DNA of 64,000 nt from Perkinsus chesapeaki ATCC PRA-425 (lineage: Eukaryota > Protista > Perkinsozoa): assembly GCA_013115145.1 (NCBI GenBank), contig JAAPAO010000075.1, positions 25,518-89,517 on the forward strand, read 5' to 3'. The notes under the pieces were generated by a model, which did not search any database, was not told the origin of the DNA, and saw only the letters and a program-made list of their open reading frames with translations. A program made the translations under genes and the position numbers. This document shows positions 1 through 12,398 of this stretch, piece after piece; the first letter of the stretch is position 1, and each line of letters opens with the position of its first letter.

Positions 1-983
1 GAGGGGCAGTAGAGAGAGGTGGCGACCGAATGACAGTCGCCGGCTGCTTGCGACGAGTGAACTCGAAAGGCTTTCGATTTTTTCTCAGTGCGCGAGTGGC
101 CTCTCTGTGATTGGCCAGCAGCGCCCTATATGTGGCCATGGCTACCTTATCGACTTTGCCCAAGCCCCTCTGAGCTAGTACCTCGTGAAATGCATTCAGG
201 AGCTGTTGTAAGTCACTCCGATTTTCCGATCCAACCCGAACAAGGGTTTCTTCTAGGACGATTTTGGATAAGTTGTTACTGCTGCTATCTGATAGGGAAG
301 CCGTCATGACTCGGACATGCTAGAATAACAAATAACCTCTCAAAGAGCAGAATGACCGCCTAATAGAGCCACAGAGGCTCCCAGGGGATCCACGACTAGC
401 AAGTTCGTACGTGTTACATTTCCGCACTAAAGGATGTAAATTAACACCTAACGAATCTATTTTGCGCGCTAATTTAATAGGTCCCACCAGCCCTTGCGAG
501 CTGTTGATGTCTGCTCCGGGCCGTGATACATGATCAGCTTTGGAATACTGGGAATCGACTTGGAGAACGGTAAACCCATTAATCTTCTTAAGTCTCTACT
601 GACGTCTGTGAAAAGTGAGATCCACCTAATTGTTCTCTTTATCCCCGCTATGACTATGGGCAGCTTCCTTCTAAAGCATTTGAGCATAACTTCTGCTAGC
701 CAGTTAGAATTTGATGCTCAAGATGGGAGTTTACCCGGCGCGCACACACTGATCAAGTTGTGCGTGGAGGGCTCACCAGCACAATTAAGTGCTGTCGCTC
801 ACTTTCGACCACCAAAGCGTGCCGCCTTCAATTCAACAACACCGGGGCTTGCTCCCTCGAATTTCCTCCACGCCCCCTAAAAATTGCTCACGGGTCGTTC
901 AATAAACTGGTTTCGGAATTCGAAACTCAGAATCGGTTCTGGAACTGGTTCTGGAATCGCCGTGAAATTTGTAACAAACCAAA

Positions 984-998
984 GTCCCAAGGGGTTAA
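984..998 (-). mobile_element. Possible piggyBac-like terminus (TTAA-CCCCTTGGGAC on minus strand)
   Basis: GTCCCAAGGGG followed by TTAA at 995-998. piggyBac ends read TTAA-CCC. No partner end is seen in the window. Confidence 0.25.
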
Positions 999-1113
999 GA
1001 TGATTGGGGGGTGATTTCAGCCGTGGCTTTTTACTACGTCACTCATAGCTATATAGATAATTTATAGAAAACTTACGTTCCCCTTAGAAATATGTATTTC
1101 CCCATATAGCTTT

Positions 1114-3926
1114 TATCTGTCACAGATATGCCGCATATCATATGCGTGTTATAGACAGACAAAAGATAAGGGACCACTATGCGTAAGGTGACGCAGTAGG
1201 ATTATAATAACTACTAACAGGTGGTTCACGGCGCCTTGTCTTAGACAAGTTGTCTATGATGAAGACGATGATCTGCGAGGTCATCGTGAGTCCGAGTCGG
1301 ACTCAGCAGACTTGAGGAAGAGGTACTACTAGTAGACGTAACACTCGTGGTCATTCCAGAACTGCTGCTTGTAGATATTCTTGAAACGTGAAACGGCTGA
1401 CTCAGCTTCGCTCCCTTCTTCGACCTCTTGAAGAGGTCCTCTTCTGAGCAAGATCTCAAAGCGAAATGCACTAGACAGTGATGCTGTTAAAGCCCGCAGA
1501 GCAGAAGATGTTCTGTTCTTCTGACTACTGAGGCCTGCTTGTCAAGTTACTCAAACTTTGAGGCTCAAAGATAACCTCGAAGTAATCATCTTGACTTTCT
1601 AAAGTTCTCTGCTTGGGGAATTCCTCCTGTAACCTAGGTCCTCAAAGGGTTATTAAATTTCCTTTTAATCTTAGGGCCTCGACTCTCGGATCAGGTCGTG
1701 TTATCCCCATCAAAAGCATGTAATAATCTCCACAATCGGATCTCGAGCGGCGCTTATAGCGGCCTGTGCTTCAGCAAGACGTCGACAGTCCTCAACATCT
1801 TTTTCTGTATCCATCTCAGCAAAAGTTTCTTTGTTCGGACGGTATTCGAAAGGGTACCCTTCCTGAGCCAGTAAAAAGATTCCAATTCTTAGGAAAGATC
1901 GTGAAGAACCTCTTCTTAAGTGTTGAAGAAAGGCTGTCCGCTGAAGATCTACCGTACCTTCTTCTGGACGTAGTCCTGAAGCGTCCAAAAATAGATATGA
2001 CTCGATAGTTACTATCGGATAGTATCGAGTCGCTACTTTTCTTTTGACTAATGGCAGGAACCTCTATTATCAGGTCATCATAAGAACGGTTCTTAGAGCG
2101 CCTAAGACCTTATTTAGATGGCAGGTTAGACCTGAAGATCTTTCCACAGAGACATCTGGATACTTGCTTGCGGTAGATCCATCACGTAACCTTCACATAG
2201 ATTCTATGTCATAGAATGCCTTCGTTCCTTCAATTCTGTCTACGCGACCCTTCCTCTGCAGATCTATAAAAGCGGGACTGTGCCAGCGAACAGGCCATCA
2301 CGATCTTCCTCGGGTAACCAGAACTCAACCATAGAAAAGCCGAAGTCATGCACTACGGCTAGCTTACTAAGCTAAGCTCAGGGAACGTCAAACATGTCTC
2401 AGAAATACTTGTACTTATAAGCACATTTCTTTTATCTGATAAAATTTATCACTGTCCAAGTGACTCAACGCCCTCTGGCAGAAGGCCTCTGTCTTGCTTC
2501 CTCAGTCATATTTCCGTGAATCTGACCCAATTCCAAACTTTCATCGTCAGCGTCCTCTTTTTGTGGTGACTACAATGTAGTCTCTCTAGTAACTTTTTAC
2601 CTCCGGGTCCCGGAGTCCGGGCATTACAGGAGAGAATACAAGCTAGACTTAGTCTAGTAGACTGTTACCGACCGCCAAGAGGCGCGCTCTTGACGGAGGT
2701 ACCAAGCTTACTAGCATAGCCACGGAATATGCTGGCTACGATAGTTTGTAGGTGAAGTCCATAGCCCATACAATTTCCACAATCCAGTCCCGGTCGCCTT
2801 CATGTTATCGTATTCCGAGTCCACAAAGTCGTCAGACACGTCATTTTGCTGGCTATATTCAATGCCTGGAATACTTTCCGGAACCGAGGTATTACCTCGG
2901 AGGTAAGAATATACGAACCTGGTATATAGACTATATAATATAGTCTTCAATGTAGACTCTACAATGTAGAGTCTACATCGTATAGTGTTATATCGATATC
3001 GTGCCCATGATATCGACCGTGATATTATCGTTCATCATTCCAATGGGACTCTCTGAGAGTCCCGAGTCGGAGAGTCACTCTCCACCATCGCATTTGGCGA
3101 GATCGTAGACATATCCTGCGAAGACTTGAAAGCTCGAACCTTGAGCCTCAAAGTTGAGACTGCTAGACTATTAGTCTTGTGGCCTCACTTCTCTTAGATA
3201 AGTTCTTTCGCGGCTGGAGACATTACGGCGAGAGTCTGATATATATGCCCTAATATAATATTCAAGTTGAATAACGTTCCCCTCCTAAGACATCGACATA
3301 CCCTCGGAGGGTGTATAACGATTGGTACACATGAGTCATGTGACATGACTTACATACATACGTATACAGTGTACGGTACACTCGAGAATCGTACACAGAT
3401 TCTTGAGTCTCAAACAGTTTGAGTCAAACTAGTTACTAGTTTAAGGCACCTTAACTCGTGCTTACCGTGATGGTTTTGGAGAAGCGAGAGTACGAGCATT
3501 ACAGCCTGTAATTTTCAGGGACAGTAGTTGTTAGTTACACTGTGAAACTGTGTATTTGTCACAATAATTTGCACAAATAATTTGTGTAGTCTAACTCGCT
3601 CCGCTAGTTACAAGGCAGACGAAAGCTTCGTCACGAAGCCTACTGTGTCAATAATTCGCATCGGCATGCCCGATAACAAGCTGGAAGCAGCTCTGAGAGC
3701 TGACCCAGCTTAGCTGAGCTCTCATAAGACTTCCACTGGGGACACTTCGAGCTGCTCGAATCGAGCTTGGTATAATACCATGTTTCGACTTACAATAATT
3801 GTAAGTCGAAACGAATCGTTTCGCCTTACACTACTTTCATTGAATGACATCGCAGCGATGTCATACGATATGATTCATACCAACACTGCTACGTTCGGAG
3901 TCGTATGCGAGACTCGCATTGCGAGT
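1114..3926. repeat. Tract saturated with short perfect inverted repeats centred on one unpaired base
   Basis: More than 20 arm-N-arm palindromes with arms of 7 bp or longer, read directly: e.g. 2950-2978 (14-bp arms), 3844-3864 (10), 1287-1305 (9), 3045-3063 (9), 1422-1438, 2201-2217, 3334-3350, 3426-3442 (8). Confidence 0.9.
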
Positions 3927-4469
3927 TGCGTATCAGTGACACGTGGTACGGCATCACGATAAGCCTCGAATGATTGGACTTGCAGCTTGAACTGGGCTGC
4001 CCAGTCATATTCTCTTAATTGGACCAATATAGGATAATTGTGATATGCCCAGTGATACGTTACAGAACTCGACACGACACTTTCAAAAGAGTCGGAAGGC
4101 TTATCATAGGTGGAGCAGGGGAGCTACTACCTCGAAGGAGAAAAAATCTATGCCACTAGTATGTCCGTTGGAGAAGGGCAACAAAGAAGACTTCACTTGC
4201 AAGTAAGGGAGAACACAACTTCCAAAGGACATCACGCATATAGGAATATCTTATATCATATACATAGTATCATATGACAAGCCATCACTCGTATTCCAAA
4301 TATGTGTGAGGAAGTTCCTCGCGATAAAAAGTGCTATTCCCTTCTTGTCCAGCGGCTTTGACGGCCTGCTATTAACTGAATGAGCTACGACTGCTCAAAC
4401 CACGATCTCTATGACAGTAAGAGTTGAGGAGCTGAAACAACAGCAGGGCAACTCGATAGTCAGGCGGGA

Positions 4470-5519
4470 CTACTGAGCATTGCACTTCCGCGAAAGGGGG
4501 AAATACTGAGACCCACACTCAGAAAGATGGGCTTCAATCCATGTCTGATATCCATAGAAACATCTAACCCATTCGAAATAGTTGAGACCAATGTGGGTCT
4601 CGTGAGCAGGGAAAAAGTGGTCAAACCTGTAAGATGGGAGGATGCCGCCTCTGATCTCATCGAAGGCCTTCGTCATTGTGTTATAAGCATACAAGATTCC
4701 TCCATTCGGGTCATCAGGACAGGCGCTGAACTTAGCACACATCGACACGACGGAGCAGTCCTCGGGAAGCGTGCAGTCCCCTTCACCCAGAAAAGTGATT
4801 TTGGCCTTATAGTTGCAGTAGTAGTCGTTGTTACAGTTTGGGCAAGTTTCATTGAGGAAGATCTTGAACTTATCGTATAAACCAGCAGCGCTGTTGCTGA
4901 AAGTAGTCACGGTTACATGGTCAGATCTGGCCATGATCGTGTCAACCAGCCTTCTGTTGCTATTTACTGTGCGAAGGGATGCGCCAACTTTCACGTCATA
5001 ACCATGAAGAGTCTTCTTCATCTCATCGGTCTTGTCGAATATCTCCATCCATGCCTGGAGAGGGAGGTCGACATTGAAACTGATGGCGACTGGACCCAAG
5101 CTAGGATGAGTATAATGTAGATTGAACTCCTCGAATAATCTTACGAAGTCCAAAGCCCAAACAGTATCATTATACCCGGGAGCACCTCCAGCATAAAAGA
5201 GGTAGATGGTAGCTGTGTTGCCACTGACCTCGCGGAACTGACTTAGGAAATCGGCAAGTCTTTCGGGGGAAAGGAGATGTCCTTCATTAGATGCATCAGC
5301 TATGTTGAGATAGACATCACCACAGTTGTACTCCTTCGCCTGTGGAGTCTTGAAAAAGTCTATAAAGGAGGTATCATTGTCAGTCCAATAAGCTTGCCTC
5401 CAGGAGTAAGTCGCCATACACTTAGTCGATCTTTCGGACATCACACGGGGACCACGGAAGGGAGTAGCCTCGATGAGATTGGTAGAGAGTGCGATCAAGT
5501 AAGCTAGGACGAGGAGCAT
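4470..5519 (-). CDS. Secreted Cys-rich protein, paralogue 1 (intronless; remote GH18/TIM-barrel-like, catalytic motif degenerate)
   Basis: Uninterrupted ORF. Probable ATG at 5519 gives a hydrophobic signal peptide MLLVLAYLIALS. Family motifs ATYSW, CGDVYLNIAD, KAKITF, FEWVRC. Near-identical to 7981-9063. Confidence 0.85.
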   Translation of the reverse strand: MLLVLAYLIALSTNLIEATPFRGPRVMSERSTKCMATYSWRQAYWTDNDTSFIDFFKTPQAKEYNCGDVYLNIADASNEGHLLSPERLADFLSQFREVSGNTATIYLFYAGGAPGYNDTVWALDFVRLFEEFNLHYTHPSLGPVAISFNVDLPLQAWMEIFDKTDEMKKTLHGYDVKVGASLRTVNSNRRLVDTIMARSDHVTVTTFSNSAAGLYDKFKIFLNETCPNCNNDYYCNYKAKITFLGEGDCTLPEDCSVVSMCAKFSACPDDPNGGILYAYNTMTKAFDEIRGGILPSYRFDHFFPAHETHIGLNYFEWVRCFYGYQTWIEAHLSECGSQYFPLSRKCNAQ

Positions 5520-7980
5520 ACTTGCTGAACTTATCAATCCTGAAAAGGCATGCCTGTCTCTATGTGGAAGACCCCAAGGTGGCGAGAAAGTTCATTGTTC
5601 CTCGGCAAGAGTTTGATCCTGCGTGCTGGCAGATACAGCGAATTCTCCACGGAGATTCAACGGAGACGAACTCCCCTATGAAAGAAATACAGAGCACAAT
5701 AAGAATAATGTTGTTCCAGCAACAGATTCAGACATAGCTCTCGTGATTAGAAGGGGCATACGAGACATATTAGGCTGGGTCGAAGTTCGACCGTCGAACT
5801 GGCTCCTAATTTAACGATGGCGCGCAATAGACAGTTGGGTGGCGGTAAACTCCCGCGAGGGCCTCACCCAGCTATCGGCTTGCCAAGGAAAATAGAGATT
5901 ATCCATAATGGACACTGCACGAAGCTGGAAGATTCTAACATGTGACTCGATCAACGTTCCAATACCAGCAACTATAGACCATCATTATTGTATTACTGAG
6001 TGGCCTGCGTCTCATATGTGCCATGTGGAGCGCTGCTCCGCACAGTCGATGTGTAGTCCGCTGCTTGACCCATTCGCGACGGAGTAGAATATCTAGCGGA
6101 AAGCGACGGCCTCCGACTTGCACACTGGCTGATTATCACGCGTATGAATTTAGCCTACCTTCCGCGTAAAGCTCGATCAGCAATGTCAGTTGCACACGGG
6201 CGAGTGCTATGGTGACGCGTTTGTGCCACAAACGCGTCACCATAGCACTCGCCCACAAACTTTGTGGGCTCCGTGAAAACTGTTACCTTCAACAGAACAG
6301 TTATTACGATGTTAACGAAGATCATTCGTCGGACTCTACGTGAAGAAGTCGATTGGTATGATCTCAATGAAAATTGACTTGGATATTTTGCAGTGGATTA
6401 CAGGGAAAGGCGAGAGAAACGAGTGCATGCAATCGCGATTGGTGACCCGCCGAGCTTCAGCGGTGCGCTGATGAAGAAGTAGACAATATCATAAGCATCC
6501 CTTGCAGTTACAGTGTAATTATCACACACGATTAAAATGTTCGTGACACTCGAAAGTCAAGTGGGAGATGAGAAGAACAGTATTTCGATATTAAATACTA
6601 TTTAATGAGTAGCATTGAAATAATCCTAACAACGATGAATGGCGTAGTACCCATAAGTCAAGTATACGATTCGTATAATACGAATAATTAATGAGCAGCT
6701 TATAGACAATGTATGCAACCTGAAGCCGCCGTCACCGGAGCTCTCTTCTGATATAGTCGGCCTATCTCTTGTGAATCGCTACACGATACAGCAGAAGGTT
6801 TGTGTCAACAGAGCTTGGTTGAAAACTGTGAACTGCAATCTACGGACGGTCGAACCGCACTGTTTAATCCGGTAATCTACAGTCACCGATAGTCCATTTT
6901 CATATTACATGTTGCAATGCAACAGAAAAACCCTTCGATCCTTGACAAAAACCTGCCAGTGCGTGGACGCAAACAATGACCTTGCTTCTCGGAAAAGCAG
7001 ATGACCAGCTCATCATGACCTCTAACCAAGTGGGCATGCCCGCCATAATAATGTCAAAGAGTAAGTTAGTTGTCTCGTGGAGCTCTCATGCTGAGCTCTG
7101 GATACCCTTTTCTTGGCCTATAGGAACCCTATTGAAATGTTGAAGACCTTCTTGGGTTTAATAATGCCATAGTGACAATTTGTCACTGACAAACGGTTGT
7201 CCGTCAAGTCACGACAACCTTTGGATATTAATAAGCTCACATCTTTTTCTTGGAAATTCCCAGATAATCCTCAGTAGATTATCACACTGGTCCCGTATAT
7301 GTCGCCGCTCAAATCAACAGCGTTCAGCGAAATGAGTTACTGCCAGCATCAAGGTTCTCCGCCAGGGGAAAGCGGGATTCACAACTGCACTAAGTTAGTG
7401 CCACTAACGTACAAGACTTGTGCGCGGTACATTGTCACTGGCATCTGCCAGCGGCGTCCGCAGAAAGTAATCAAGAATCAGCATGCTTGATGAAGCTCGA
7501 CATCGCGGCCGTGTCGCATTGCTCTCCATAATCGCACCGTCTCATCCTGGGACTCCCAGGGCTTCTCGTGAAATCCCTATGCACGCTTGTGACGAGGTGA
7601 TCTGTCAAGAAGCTGTCACCTATGGATGGAGAGTGGGGACTCGTCTCTGGTGAGTATACGAATCGCTAGGATTGCAAATGCTAACTACCCGGAGAGTTCT
7701 TCAGCGAATTCATCGCACTTGCATGATACAGAACTCAATATAACGCAGTCAGAGAATTCGAGAAGGTCTTATCACCCATCGTTGTTTCAGCGGACTACCG
7801 CCCAGTTGGTAGAAAACTGTGTCTCGGTGACACTACCTATTCATCGCAGCGAGGCGGAGCGCATAGGAGAAGAAGTGCTACGGAACGTAGACTTTTGAAA
7901 TAAGATTAGTCTAGTAAGAATAACAGTACGGCTTTAGCAAACAGCGAATGTGAATCGAAATGATTCAATCATTGCACATA

Positions 7981-9063
7981 CTACTGAGCATTGCACTTCT
8001 GCGAAAGAGGGAAGTACTGTGACCCACACTCAGTAAGATTGGCTTCAATCCATGTCTGATATCCATAGAAACATCTAACCCATTCGAAATAGTTGAGACC
8101 AATGTGGGTCTCGTGAGCAGGGAAAAAGTGGTCAAACCTGTCAGATGGGAGGATGCCGCCTCTAATCGCATCGAAGGCCTTCTTCATTGTGCTATAAGCA
8201 TATAAGATTCCTCCATTCGGGTCATCAGGACAGGCGCTGAACTTAGCACACATCGACGCGACGGAGCAGTCCTCGGGAAGCGTGCAGTCACCTTCACCCA
8301 GAAAAGTGATTTTGGCCTTATAGTTGCAGTAGTAGTCGTTGTTACAGTTTGGGCAAGTTTCATTGAGGAAGATCTTGAACTTATCGTATAAACCAGCAGC
8401 GCTGTTGCTGAAAGTAGTCACGGTTACATGGTCAGATCTGGCCATGATCGTGTCAACCAGCCTTCTGTTGGTATTTACTGTGCTAAGGGACGCGTCAACT
8501 TTCACGTCATAACAGTGAAGAGTCTTCTTCATCTCATCGGTCTTGTCGAATATCTCCATCCATGCCTGGAGAGGGAGGTCAACATTGAAACTGATGCCGA
8601 CTGGACCCAAGCTAGGATGAGTATAATTAAGAGTGAACTCCTCGAATAATCTTACGAAGTCCAAAGCCCAAACAGTATCATTATACCCGGAAGCACCTCC
8701 AGCATAAAAGAGGTAGATGGTAGCTGTGTTGCCACTGACCTCGCGGAACTGACTCAGGAAATCGGCAAGTCTTTCGGGGGAAAGGAGATGTCCTTCATTA
8801 GATGCATCAGCTATGTTGAGATAGACATCACCACAGTTGTACTCCTTCGCCTGTGGAGTCTTGAAAAAGTCTATAAAGGAGGTATCATTATCAGTCCAAT
8901 AAGCTTGCCTCCAGGAGTAAGTCGCCATACACTTATTGGATGCTTCGGACATCACACGGGGACCACGGAAGGGACTTGCTTCGTTGAGATTAAAAGAGAT
9001 AGCGATCAGGCAGAATAGAACGAGGATCATGCTTGCTAAACTTTGGTAACCCTGAGAATACAT
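7981..9063 (-). CDS. Secreted Cys-rich protein, paralogue 2 (intronless)
   Basis: 360-aa ORF with signal peptide MILVLFCLIAISF. The mature region is almost identical to paralogue 1 at DNA level. Confidence 0.85.
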   Translation of the reverse strand: MYSQGYQSLASMILVLFCLIAISFNLNEASPFRGPRVMSEASNKCMATYSWRQAYWTDNDTSFIDFFKTPQAKEYNCGDVYLNIADASNEGHLLSPERLADFLSQFREVSGNTATIYLFYAGGASGYNDTVWALDFVRLFEEFTLNYTHPSLGPVGISFNVDLPLQAWMEIFDKTDEMKKTLHCYDVKVDASLSTVNTNRRLVDTIMARSDHVTVTTFSNSAAGLYDKFKIFLNETCPNCNNDYYCNYKAKITFLGEGDCTLPEDCSVASMCAKFSACPDDPNGGILYAYSTMKKAFDAIRGGILPSDRFDHFFPAHETHIGLNYFEWVRCFYGYQTWIEANLTECGSQYFPLSQKCNAQ

Positions 9064-10881
9064 GCGAGCTCACTATCGAGTCTATTGCTACACAGAGGGA
9101 GGCCGATTCTTCGTTCCTCGACAAGGAACTGCCGCTGCGTGCACGCAAACATAGCGATTTCTCCAAGAGGAGATCTCAGTGAGGACTTTGATAGCGCGCC
9201 TTCTCACTCAACTTCAGAGTCTGAAATCCTGAAAGATTTGAAAACCTATTTAGGGTTGAGATTTAGACGTTCTTCCATGACCAGAGTTTCATGAGCGGGT
9301 AATATTAACAAGATCGAGTGAATTGTATGGCATTAAACCTCACCGAACTATCCTGCACGTGTACGCTTCCACAGCAGAGGCGGGGCATAGTCACCAGAAA
9401 CGATTCGGAGAGAGACATTGACCGTATAGCGTAATCGTTTTTATAGGTACATGTATAGGTTCTGCCAGAGCCAAACGTGGGCTTGGGGTCATCTGTACTG
9501 CAGCGAGAATGGGTTGCTTGACTCGCACCCTGCGCTTCAACCTGAGCTTGAGACGCAGAACTGCTCTGTTTTTCCGCCCTGTACCTATGCTTGTGACGCG
9601 CATTTCCATTTTTTGGTGATAGCTATAGTTTTCTTGACTGCGGTATTTCGTTTGCACTTTCCTTTACACTGGCCGATGCTTCAAAGAAGCTTGGGTAAGC
9701 TGAGTTTTGGGTTTGCACTGCAAGTTTACACCAGAAAGCGAGGCGCTTGCTGCTGCTACTCCTTTAATACTGACCAGACGGAACCCAAATCCAAGCCTCT
9801 CGGTAGTGTGCACGCGTACAGTGAGTGTGAATCACAAACGGGATTCGCCGGAAGCTTGTGTCCACATCGCTGGTCAGAGGTTGGCGGCATCTACACTTCA
9901 CTACTCGTTTCCGGGTTCTCAAGTTACTGCGGCTCGAAGCTCTGGAATACAATCTCTATTGCGCGCCGCCGGCGAAGGCTTGGCGGCTAAGCGTTACTCT
10001 GCACTAAGCATGCAGGATAAGGCCGACCAAGCTGATTACATGACCGTTAAAGTACTGATGGCCGCCGTGCACCGAGCTTGAAGATATTCTAGTGATGATT
10101 TTTTCTCTAGGTGCAGTGCACCTGGTGCATCGACCCATGTGCGACTGGCTCCTGGTGACCAGGAGCTGGTCCAGAAGTCTTCGAGAATCAAAGTGACGTT
10201 ACCGACTCTTGAACTAGTTCTCTGTGTCATCATGAATTTATGTGATGTTGTCTTCTAATGAGAGCTGTGGTGATTGTGTTTTCCAATGGCGACGTCTATA
10301 AATATGTACATTGTTCGGCACGTCGGGCGCGTGTCAATTGTGCTCGCTCATATATTAGACAGGATCGCGGAATTTTGATCGAGACTGCAAACTGGGAAGG
10401 TAAGACATCCGAAGATTATGCTTGAACCCTGATTGGCTATAGAGTTATCATGTTATTGAAGATAATTTACAGGACTGTAGAGGCAATCAATGTACCAATC
10501 ACGGCTCCGCCCACGCGAAGGCGGGTTAGTCACCAAGAGGGGTCGCGTTTGTGTACGGTGGTGTGGTGCAACGCCGCCACTCATGAGAAATACTCAACAA
10601 TGATTGAGCGGAATAGAATGATCTCATCAAATCCACCGCGACCCTCTCCTTGAGAGCGGTGAAGCAACGACAGTCAGAAAAGCAAGAATCCATATCGCTT
10701 GATGACAAGAAAGTGAAATACCATTAACCAGCTGCTAACCCATACATTTGCTGTGACTACAACTGGCGAGCAATTGGGATAGCTGGCTAGCTCGCTTTCA
10801 CAGACAGCCGTAATAATGCAGAAAAACAGACACACGTAACAAATCACGGAACAATTGACAGAAGAAAGGATGATGAAATTT

Positions 10882-12093
10882 TCACTGAGAGCGGCAGCCT
10901 GCCGCCAAGGTGTGGTAATCAGCGCAGTTCTGGTAGCCTTGAGACGCCGAAAACTCGCCACCAAAATAGCAACGTTGCCATTCCCAATTGTGAATAGCAT
11001 AGAGATTTTCCTGGATATCGAACAGATGGCCAAATTGGTCTTGTGTGATCAGACCTTCATCTATCATTCTCGCTTTTAACTCGTTCATAGTGTTCCAGAC
11101 GTATTCGATACCGCCATCGCTGCTAGGATAAGTCGCCGAATCAAATGCACACATGGATAGCTTACGACAATTGGCACCCATTTCACACGACGCCTCAACC
11201 ATAATAGTAATCTTGGCCTTCAAGTTCTCCCAGCCAGGTTGAGTGCATACTGCACATTGTTCAGTTAGCATCCATCTCATTCTGTACATCAAATCGTCGA
11301 CCCATCTACCACCAATTTGATTCCGATAAAGTAGCATCAGTGCATGATCGGCATATCTCATCACATACTCGGTTTCAGTGGGATTCCTGTCCCCTTCAAT
11401 TGCACTATCTACCCAAATAGACCCTTCTGGGTAGCCCATTCTTTCTGTGACTGTATTTTTCATATCTCGAGCGGCTATAAGAGTTTGCAAATAGTAGTTT
11501 TCGTCGATATGTTCAACGTCGAAGCTGAGACCAATGGGCCCGATTTCCTTCATGACATCGGCGGGAATGTTAATGAGGACAAATTCCTCGAAGACACGGA
11601 CAAAGCCGAGCATTTTCTGACCGTTCCTTTCGACTACGTCGCCATAAGTAAGATAAATTCGACCATCAGAGCCGCTGGCTTGACGCCATTTTTTCATCCA
11701 AGCGATGAGCTGATCAGGATAATGAATCCTATCAAAGTTGGAATAATCAGCTACGTTGATGTAGAGGTCACCACAGTTCCACAGACGGCCCATGTCAGAT
11801 GCGGCAAAGTCTGTGAGAGAGTTCGAGTCGTTCACCCAGTACACTTGGGACCATGCATATGTGGCAAAGCGTCGCTCGCCACACTGGCCGGGTCCGGGGG
11901 GTGCCCTGGTGGTGCTGGTGCCGGGTACGCCAGTGGTGCTACCGGAGCTTGGTGTGGTTTGAGAACCGGGCGTCCCAGTTGTAGTAGTAGGGCCCCTGGT
12001 GGAACTGTTATTACCACAACCGTTAAAGAGGCAACAAACAAGCAGAAGGCCAAGAGCTACGAAGATATCTGAACGGCGGTTGAGGATGATCAT
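10882..12093 (-). CDS. Secreted protein, divergent paralogue 3, with Thr/Pro/Gly-rich linker and intact FDVEH motif
   Basis: Probable start MIILNRR at 12093, then signal-like VALGLLLVCCLFNGC and a low-complexity TPG linker. Shares ATYAW, CGDLYINVAD, KAKITI and WEWQRC with the other copies. Confidence 0.85.
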   Translation of the reverse strand: MIILNRRSDIFVALGLLLVCCLFNGCGNNSSTRGPTTTTGTPGSQTTPSSGSTTGVPGTSTTRAPPGPGQCGERRFATYAWSQVYWVNDSNSLTDFAASDMGRLWNCGDLYINVADYSNFDRIHYPDQLIAWMKKWRQASGSDGRIYLTYGDVVERNGQKMLGFVRVFEEFVLINIPADVMKEIGPIGLSFDVEHIDENYYLQTLIAARDMKNTVTERMGYPEGSIWVDSAIEGDRNPTETEYVMRYADHALMLLYRNQIGGRWVDDLMYRMRWMLTEQCAVCTQPGWENLKAKITIMVEASCEMGANCRKLSMCAFDSATYPSSDGGIEYVWNTMNELKARMIDEGLITQDQFGHLFDIQENLYAIHNWEWQRCYFGGEFSASQGYQNCADYHTLAAGCRSQ

Positions 12094-12210
12094 ATAAACT
12101 GGTAAACACAATCTGATAGTAACAGAGGAAGGCTCTATACAGAAACACTGAAGAGGGGCTCTTAAGAAGATGTCCAATGAAGGTGGCGTATATTTCTGTG
12201 ATCATAATAC

Positions 12211-12398
12211 TGTATCAATCCATCCCCTTCACTGGACGCAACAGGTGGTGACATTGACGGATTAAGCACCAATAAAGATACTGCCATAACACATTTCCTC
12301 ATAGACTGATACTTAATAGAAATAAGGGAACTTCTCGACTACTCCGCTGCGCTATGCATATGCGTGCAACTACTATTGGCGCTCGCCTTATGGCGACA
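12211..12398 (-). repeat. 3' LTR (188 bp)
   Basis: Base-for-base identical to 17057-17244, with TG...CA termini. Confidence 0.97.

Noticed and set aside
1241-2350. Decayed retroelement integrase under the palindrome tract
   Set aside because: Only faint hints (FYW, QQFW) among many stops. Too weak to call as a feature, so it is mentioned only as context.
3301-3926. CRISPR-like array
   Set aside because: The palindromes have no shared repeat sequence or regular spacing, and the context is eukaryotic.
7060-7130. hAT dimerisation-domain relic (KGYPELSMRA)
   Set aside because: The following PATS/SERxFS motif is absent, so the match could be chance.
11344-12072. 242-aa plus-strand ORF and similar antisense ORFs over the paralogues and the retrotransposon
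   Set aside because: These are shadows of real minus-strand coding sequence, repeated in each paralogue for that reason.
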